IMG/VR virus record: IMGVR_UViG_3300035696_000044
Coordinates: 39 to 64,038 of that record
Direction: 5' to 3' (one strand)
Source: a virus
Taxonomy: Duplodnaviria; Caudoviricetes
DNA length: 64,000 bases
The notes under the pieces: model-generated
Seen by the model: the letters and a program-made list of their open reading frames with translations, nothing else
Told to the model about the DNA's origin: nothing
The model's database searches: none
Part shown: in pieces, positions 59,138-64,000 of the stretch
How the letters are laid out: the number at the start of each line of letters is the position of its first letter
Position numbering within the stretch: the stretch's first letter is position 1
Translations under genes and position numbers: made by a program

Positions 59138-59336
59138 CAGCGTTCACCTCCCGCTCCTTGTCAACCGTGTCCAGCTCCCTCTCCCCCACCGGCTTCCTCA
59201 AGTCGCCGGGCACCCCCATCACGACGTTGGTGCAATGCTGCGCCCAATATGAGCCAAACATCCCATCGCAGTACGCCCTCAACGTCCGGCGTGAGTATTG
59301 GTATGGCATCCCGGTGTTGTCATTCGGCATCGGCAC
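59130..59336 (-). CDS. RELD-family small protein
   Basis: PYQYSRRTL...KPVGERELDTV. Confidence 0.8.
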   Translation of the reverse strand: MPMPNDNTGMPYQYSRRTLRAYCDGMFGSYWAQHCTNVVMGVPGDLRKPVGERELDTVDKEREVNADG

Positions 59337-59538
59337 CCTCCAGTCTGTCCAACTCCCTCTCCCCCACCAGCTTCAGGTTAGAGTCCCACCATTGGGTATT
59401 GGTAGCGTACAGGCTGACCCACACCCGGCCCTGACCACGATGGGCACCATTGGCAATGAGGTGCATCCTTGTCCTCTGTACTACGTCGGTAGACCGGAAG
59501 TCGGTATCCGGTGGATTGAGCCTAGGTTGCCTATTCAT
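59320..59538 (-). CDS. RELD-family small protein
   Basis: VVQRTRMHL...KLVGERELDRLE. Confidence 0.8.
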   Translation of the reverse strand: MNRQPRLNPPDTDFRSTDVVQRTRMHLIANGAHRGQGRVWVSLYATNTQWWDSNLKLVGERELDRLEGADAE

Positions 59539-59728
59539 CCCCCTCCTCCAATCTATCCACCTCTCGTTCCCCTATTTTCTTCCACAGGGGGCGGTCGAGA
59601 TCACGGATGGGGTAGTGGAAGCAGTATGTGGCATATTGGTGCTGCACCCAGGTGTACCCAGACCCTCTTGTATCCATCCTCAGCTCTATGCGTGATAGCT
59701 GTATCGGTATCCCCTTATTGGCCGTCAT
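59531..59728 (-). CDS. RELD-family small protein
   Basis: PIQLSRIEL...KKIGEREVDRLE. Confidence 0.8.
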   Translation of the reverse strand: MTANKGIPIQLSRIELRMDTRGSGYTWVQHQYATYCFHYPIRDLDRPLWKKIGEREVDRLEEGDE

Positions 59729-59957
59729 GTCGCGCCTCCAGGTGGTCCAACTCCCTGGCACCAACGATCTTGGGTTTGGTGCCCACCATGGGGTTCATCC
59801 CATCGTCAACGGCCACAACATTCACCCACAGCACATGGCAGTTGCACTCTCTATGCTCCCTCTCGTCTGCGCTCAGTGCAGACTCCGCCTTCAGCTGCCA
59901 CCGAGCATGCCAACTGGACATCAACTGTGCTCTGCTGTATTGGATAAGGTCAGGCAT
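59715..59957 (-). CDS. RELD-family small protein
   Basis: LIQYSRAQL...KIVGARELDHLE. Confidence 0.8.
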   Translation of the reverse strand: MPDLIQYSRAQLMSSWHARWQLKAESALSADEREHRECNCHVLWVNVVAVDDGMNPMVGTKPKIVGARELDHLEARHDGQ

Positions 59958-59989
59958 TGGTTGGCTCCTTTTCTTCAAGGGTATCCAGC

Positions 59990-60223
59990 TCACCTCGCCA
60001 CCTCCAGATGGTCAATCTCCCTCTCCCCCACCACCTTCAGCCCCAGCTTCACAAAGTCCTTACTAGCTCCCCAGCTGAGCCTATTACCGCCTTCGTTGGG
60101 CATTACAGCCAGGTATGTAGGGTAGCCCCTTGAAGAGTCATGGATGCATGTATCGGCATAGAAGTTCTTGCTGTATCTCCTCAGTATGCGCCTCCTCGAT
60201 ACCTGCAATATGGGTTGGATCAT
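59990..60223 (-). CDS. RELD-family small protein
   Basis: ILQVSRRRI...KVVGEREIDHLE. Confidence 0.8.
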   Translation of the reverse strand: MIQPILQVSRRRILRRYSKNFYADTCIHDSSRGYPTYLAVMPNEGGNRLSWGASKDFVKLGLKVVGEREIDHLEVAR

Positions 60224-60455
60224 TGCTCCCTCCCTAGTTTGTCAACCTCTCTCTTGCCTATGAGCTTGAGGTTGAAGGGGAATAAGGCGTCGGTAGTACC
60301 ATTAGACCTTTTTACATTGTGGGTCTTGAGTGGGGGCAATAGTCGGCTACCTTCACGGGGAGTACGTTCACCCCACTGTCGCGGAACCCACCCTCCAGCG
60401 TCTTGCACCGCTTCCTCGTCACTTGGACAATATCCCCTTCTTTCCACTCCACCAT
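60220..60455 (-). pseudogene. RELD-family member with a -1 frame break
   Basis: N-terminus MVEWKEGDIVQVTRKRC (stops at 60312-60314); KLIGKREVDKL lies in the -1 frame; C5 run at 60332-60336. Confidence 0.6.
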
Positions 60456-60603
60456 CACCCAACCTCCTGTGTTGTATAGCCGCTCCTTAGCTTCATCCCA
60501 TACCAGAAAGGACAGGATCAGTGATTAGCCAACCCTGTCCCTCCGTGGTCTAGACTGAATCTAGGTTGTTAGGTCAACATTCCAACAACGTTCCCCTCAC
60601 CCG

Positions 60604-60951
60604 CTACTCTGCTTTCAGCCGGTCAAAGCTCTCGTTCTCCCAGCTCTCCAGCCCGCGATCCTTGGCGAACTTGAGGTGAAGCAGGTTGACCTGCATGGCC
60701 ATGGTCTCCTTCGGCCCCAGATCACGGCTGGTGTAGTCGGTACCGGCCTGAACGGTGCTCAGCTGGTCCATGTTGGCTTTCTTCAGCCAGGTAGCGGTCC
60801 CGCCGATGACGCTCTTGCCGTCGATGAGCGCTGCGTTGGCGCACTCTATGTTGCCCGCGCTCTGAATGGTCGGCGTACCGATGTAGGTCTTGCCGCCAAG
60901 GGTAACTACCTTCACCGCCGCTGCCAGTTCGCTAATCGCTGCAAAGTCCAT
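60604..60951 (-). CDS. Hypothetical protein
   Basis: AGGAGG RBS; coding-like composition. Confidence 0.6.
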   Translation of the reverse strand: MDFAAISELAAAVKVVTLGGKTYIGTPTIQSAGNIECANAALIDGKSVIGGTATWLKKANMDQLSTVQAGTDYTSRDLGPKETMAMQVNLLHLKFAKDRGLESWENESFDRLKAE

Positions 60952-61102
60952 AATGTCCTCCTTCTGCGATGTGGTGTTAGTGATTGGGTCCGGGTTCGGC
61001 CTATCCTCACCCTGCCTCTGGTTGTCTGTTTGGTCCTTCCGTGCCCTACGCACCATCCTATACCCTCCACCATGTTAAAGGTTGGTTGATTGGTCCCCTT
61101 GC

Positions 61103-61786
61103 CTACGCCCCCTTTGCCACCTCCGCCGTCTCCTTGTCGTGCGGAATACCTGTGAGTGAATCCATATCGTGCAGTGCTACCGCTACTGCTTCGAGCAGTA
61201 TGTTTCTTACCGCGTGAACCGCTGTACTCAGCTCGTCGGCCATTGGTGCTTCCGGCCTGGTCTTGAGCTGGACTACTGCATCGTTGACGTTCTGCAGCAT
61301 GGTGTTGAGCATCTCGGTAGTGGTCTTGGCCGCGTGGTATTCCCTAAAGCTGCCATTGCGCACAGCAAGAAAGATACCACTACCTACCCTCCTCAGCACA
61401 TACGGATCTGATATGAAGTAGCACCATGCCTCGACCTTGCTCCCGTCGGCCAGCATGACCTCGATGGGCTTCCTCGCATACAGGTTGTCCTTCCTCCCTG
61501 GCTTGTAGTTCTCGATGGCATCCACCCTGGTCAGCACACTCTTGGGGGCTGTATACACCTCCCCCACCGCTCTGCACCATCCCGGCTCATCCACCAGCAT
61601 GGGGTAGCCGCCCCCGTACATCGGGTATTGCTCCACGGTCTTAGCTGGACCCAAGAACTCTACATCCTTGTGCCTCAGTACTTCCCAATACCCCATGCCG
61701 CTCATCAGCGTACCATATACGAACAACGTGTGCTTGGGGTCAGGCTCAACGACCGCTGCCACTATGTCCTTTTTTTTCCTCGCCAT
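61103..61786 (-). CDS. Gamma-glutamylcyclotransferase (GGCT/AIG2-like) with C-terminal helical extension
   Basis: LFVYGTLMSG, YPMLV, GEVY, LYAR..IEV, AWCY. Confidence 0.85.
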   Translation of the reverse strand: MARKKKDIVAAVVEPDPKHTLFVYGTLMSGMGYWEVLRHKDVEFLGPAKTVEQYPMYGGGYPMLVDEPGWCRAVGEVYTAPKSVLTRVDAIENYKPGRKDNLYARKPIEVMLADGSKVEAWCYFISDPYVLRRVGSGIFLAVRNGSFREYHAAKTTTEMLNTMLQNVNDAVVQLKTRPEAPMADELSTAVHAVRNILLEAVAVALHDMDSLTGIPHDKETAEVAKGA

Positions 61787-61803
61787 CAGCCACACCCTCC
61801 TTT

Positions 61804-63883
61804 CTACAGGCTCAGTACCTCCACAACTTCCATCTCCGCCGCACGTATCGCCTCGGCATCGGCCTTGGCTATACTCACTGCCATCTGCATCGTAGTACAG
61901 GCCATGGCCTCCCCACCGCACTTCACCACGACCTCCACCCACTTCTCCTTGCCCGATGCAAGGATTTTTTTTCGTTGGACAACGAACGTACCAGCCACGG
62001 GGTCTTTGAGTATGCGGTATGGAAGGCCGCTGGGGTTGGGCTTAGCATCCACCGCGCTTGCTGCCTCGGTATTCGCCAACCCTGCCAGCTTGCGGAATGT
62101 TGCCCAATCACCATTGGCCTTCCTCACAGCACTAATCCTCCGCTTGTCCTGGGGCCTCATCACCGTCCTCCAACGTCTGCAATGCTTCCTGCAGCAGCCT
62201 ACGATATGCTGCCACGACCTTGGCAAACTGCCTAATATCCGTCGAAGTAATGCTCATCATGCTCCATCCTCCACAGCACAATGTCTCTCCAGTTGAGGTA
62301 ATCCACAACGCTCCACATTTTTTTTTCCTGCCCCACTGCACATCCTCCTCTGTCAGTGTTCCCTGCCACCCTTACCTTCGACTAAAACCAATCACTCGGT
62401 ATTGGCCTTGGTCCAAGGTTAGTGGGAAGGGGTTGCATACTCCATGGTAGATCATACCATGTTCCCTTCCCACTCTTGGGTGCAGACTATAGGCCACTCA
62501 CTAACCTACACTCTGCGGAGGGCATCAACAATGCGCTTGTCAATGCCGATGTCGTTGAAGAACTGGATGGCCTCGTCTGCTGCCCTTCCCTTATCCTTGA
62601 ACAGCATGGCATTGCGCCGGAAGACCTTCTTTAGCTTCTCTGGCGCTCTCCGGAACGGTGTGAGTGCTTCCAACATGTCGCCCTGTCCGTCATAGCTCGA
62701 CTGTTTCATTTCCCTGACTCCTTACAGCTAAGGTCCATTGCACACTTGGAGCAAACGTATGTACGACCATTGGTCCAGTACGTCTCTCCGAACTCCACTT
62801 CACAGCCGCAATCCGCCATGAAGTCCTCTACCGTTGCAAACTCATGCCATTGTGCCGCCATGATGCTTACTCCTCGTATTCCGATTCGTGTTCTGCATTG
62901 AGCCTTGCCCATGCTAGTGGCTCCTTACGCTGTGGCTGGAGAACCTTACCTTTGCCGCCAGTGTGTGTATGGCCGTCCTCAGTATCCCCTTGGCATACTT
63001 GGCATCATCTCCGCGCCATGATTGGAGATTGGCTACCACGTCCTCCAGATTGCCAAGGATGACATCATCGCTGCCGTTGGTCTCTATCAGGCACATACCA
63101 TGCCTTGCATGGTCAGCAGCGTAGTCAATCAGTCTACGCTTGCACATGGCATCGGGATTGCCATCGGCCAAGACCATTCTGAGTGCCTTCTGAATACTGC
63201 TTCTTTCCATCTGTTCCATCGCCCTCTTCCTTTTTTTTTCTCTAGCCCCATGACATTCCAGCAACCGCTGCTGTGTGCATGTGGGCTATACTGAGTGAGT
63301 GTTATACTAGCCCATGCAGGCCAGTTCTGGTGAAGGGGAAAGCGGACCAGTCCAGCCCGCTACCCCCTCGATTGACTTACGGTTAGATTGCGCCCTTCGC
63401 TTGAAGCCTGGCAATCAGACTACCACGATTGCCAGATGATGTACTGGCGGATACATCCTCTGGGAAGAACAACATCGGGCCTGCCCCAGTTCGTACCTCC
63501 CGTAATCCTACCTTTGCAGCCTCAGTGCTTACCAACGACCAGACGTGTTTGCGCTGGGCCTCTTGCTCAGCACTGTAGATTTGCACTACCCTAAGCTTGC
63601 CGCTTGGCCTTCCCTCTTTATCGGCCAGTTCTTTACGCTCCGACTTCACTCCGACTGTGGGATACGGTATCCCAAAGAAGTCGGCAAAGTCGCCGTAGCA
63701 GTTCCTCAGTATCAACCCCTTGCTTGTTGTCTCCTTGCCCGTTGTCTTGTCCTTATACGGGCGGTTAGTCTCCTTGGCATCGACCACAGCTAGCTTGAGG
63801 AACTGCCCCATGCCTATCTTTGCCCTTGCCGTTGCCGCTTCATTCGCCTGTACTGCCTTGGGATCTACAAATCTCTTTGCCAT
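61804..63883 (-). CDS. Early hypothetical ORFs (61804-62160, 62132-62260, 62506-62709, 62706-62912, 62914-63264, 63383-63883)
   Basis: Co-oriented ORFs, several with overlaps or RBSs; no recognisable domains. Confidence 0.45.
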
Positions 63884-64000
63884 TGCCCTGCTCCTTGTGA
63901 GTGCTTTGTGCTACCCATGCCTTGGGCTTTGCTTCGGCCCTATGCCTTAGCCCTTGCCCCCTTGCCTTGCCCTTACCTAGCTCCGCCAACTCGGTTACAT

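Noticed and set aside
53578-60455. RELD DNA repeats as a CRISPR array
   Set aside because: The repeats are degenerate and in-frame coding, the intervals are about 200-280 bp ORFs, and there are no cas genes.
53578-60455. RELD array as integron cassettes driven by the 821-1429 recombinase
   Set aside because: The repeats lack attC-like inverted-repeat and GTTRRRY structure, and the recombinase is much shorter than an IntI.
53578-60455. Diversity-generating retroelement producing the variable cores
   Set aside because: No reverse transcriptase and no near-identical TR/VR pair differing at adenines.
63890-64000. TTGCCC/TTGCC short repeats as a terminal repeat or pac site
   Set aside because: Low complexity, and no matching copy at the left end of the window to support terminal redundancy.
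1-64000. tRNA or rRNA genes
   Set aside because: No cloverleaf with T-loop/D-loop consensus and no rRNA-like segment was recognised by eye; a tRNAscan-SE run would settle this.

Overview
The window is almost entirely one dsDNA tailed phage or prophage of P22-like podovirus architecture. The left arm (about 0.6-37.6 kb, + strand) carries a short tyrosine recombinase, a lysis cassette, TerS/TerL, portal, scaffold and a major capsid gene split by a group I intron with an HNH ORF. It continues with gp4/gp10-like neck proteins, three ejection proteins and a tailspike. An unusual set of modification enzymes is interleaved among these virion genes: a glycosyltransferase-like protein, a radical SAM, a B12-binding radical SAM, a GNAT and an ATP-grasp ligase. 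The right arm (about 37.6-63.9 kb, - strand) carries replication and recombination genes (UDG, family A polymerase with an HNH intein, YqaJ, ERCC4, AAA ATPase, helicase), an iteron-like origin and a long early operon. The most striking unexplained structure is in that early operon. Fifteen translationally coupled 65-90 aa paralogs share a short N-terminal x-Q-[YLIV]-[STRKP]-R-like motif and a C-terminal K-x-[VI]-G-x-R-E-[LVI]-D-x-L motif around a hypervariable middle. They form two arrays (9 + 6) bracketing a zinc-ribbon amidoligase and a class II glutamine amidotransferase, with a gamma-glutamylcyclotransferase just upstream. Family assignments come from motif recognition by eye, not from database searches. 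Four reading-frame breaks, all of -1 type, may be sequencing errors, decay or recoding.
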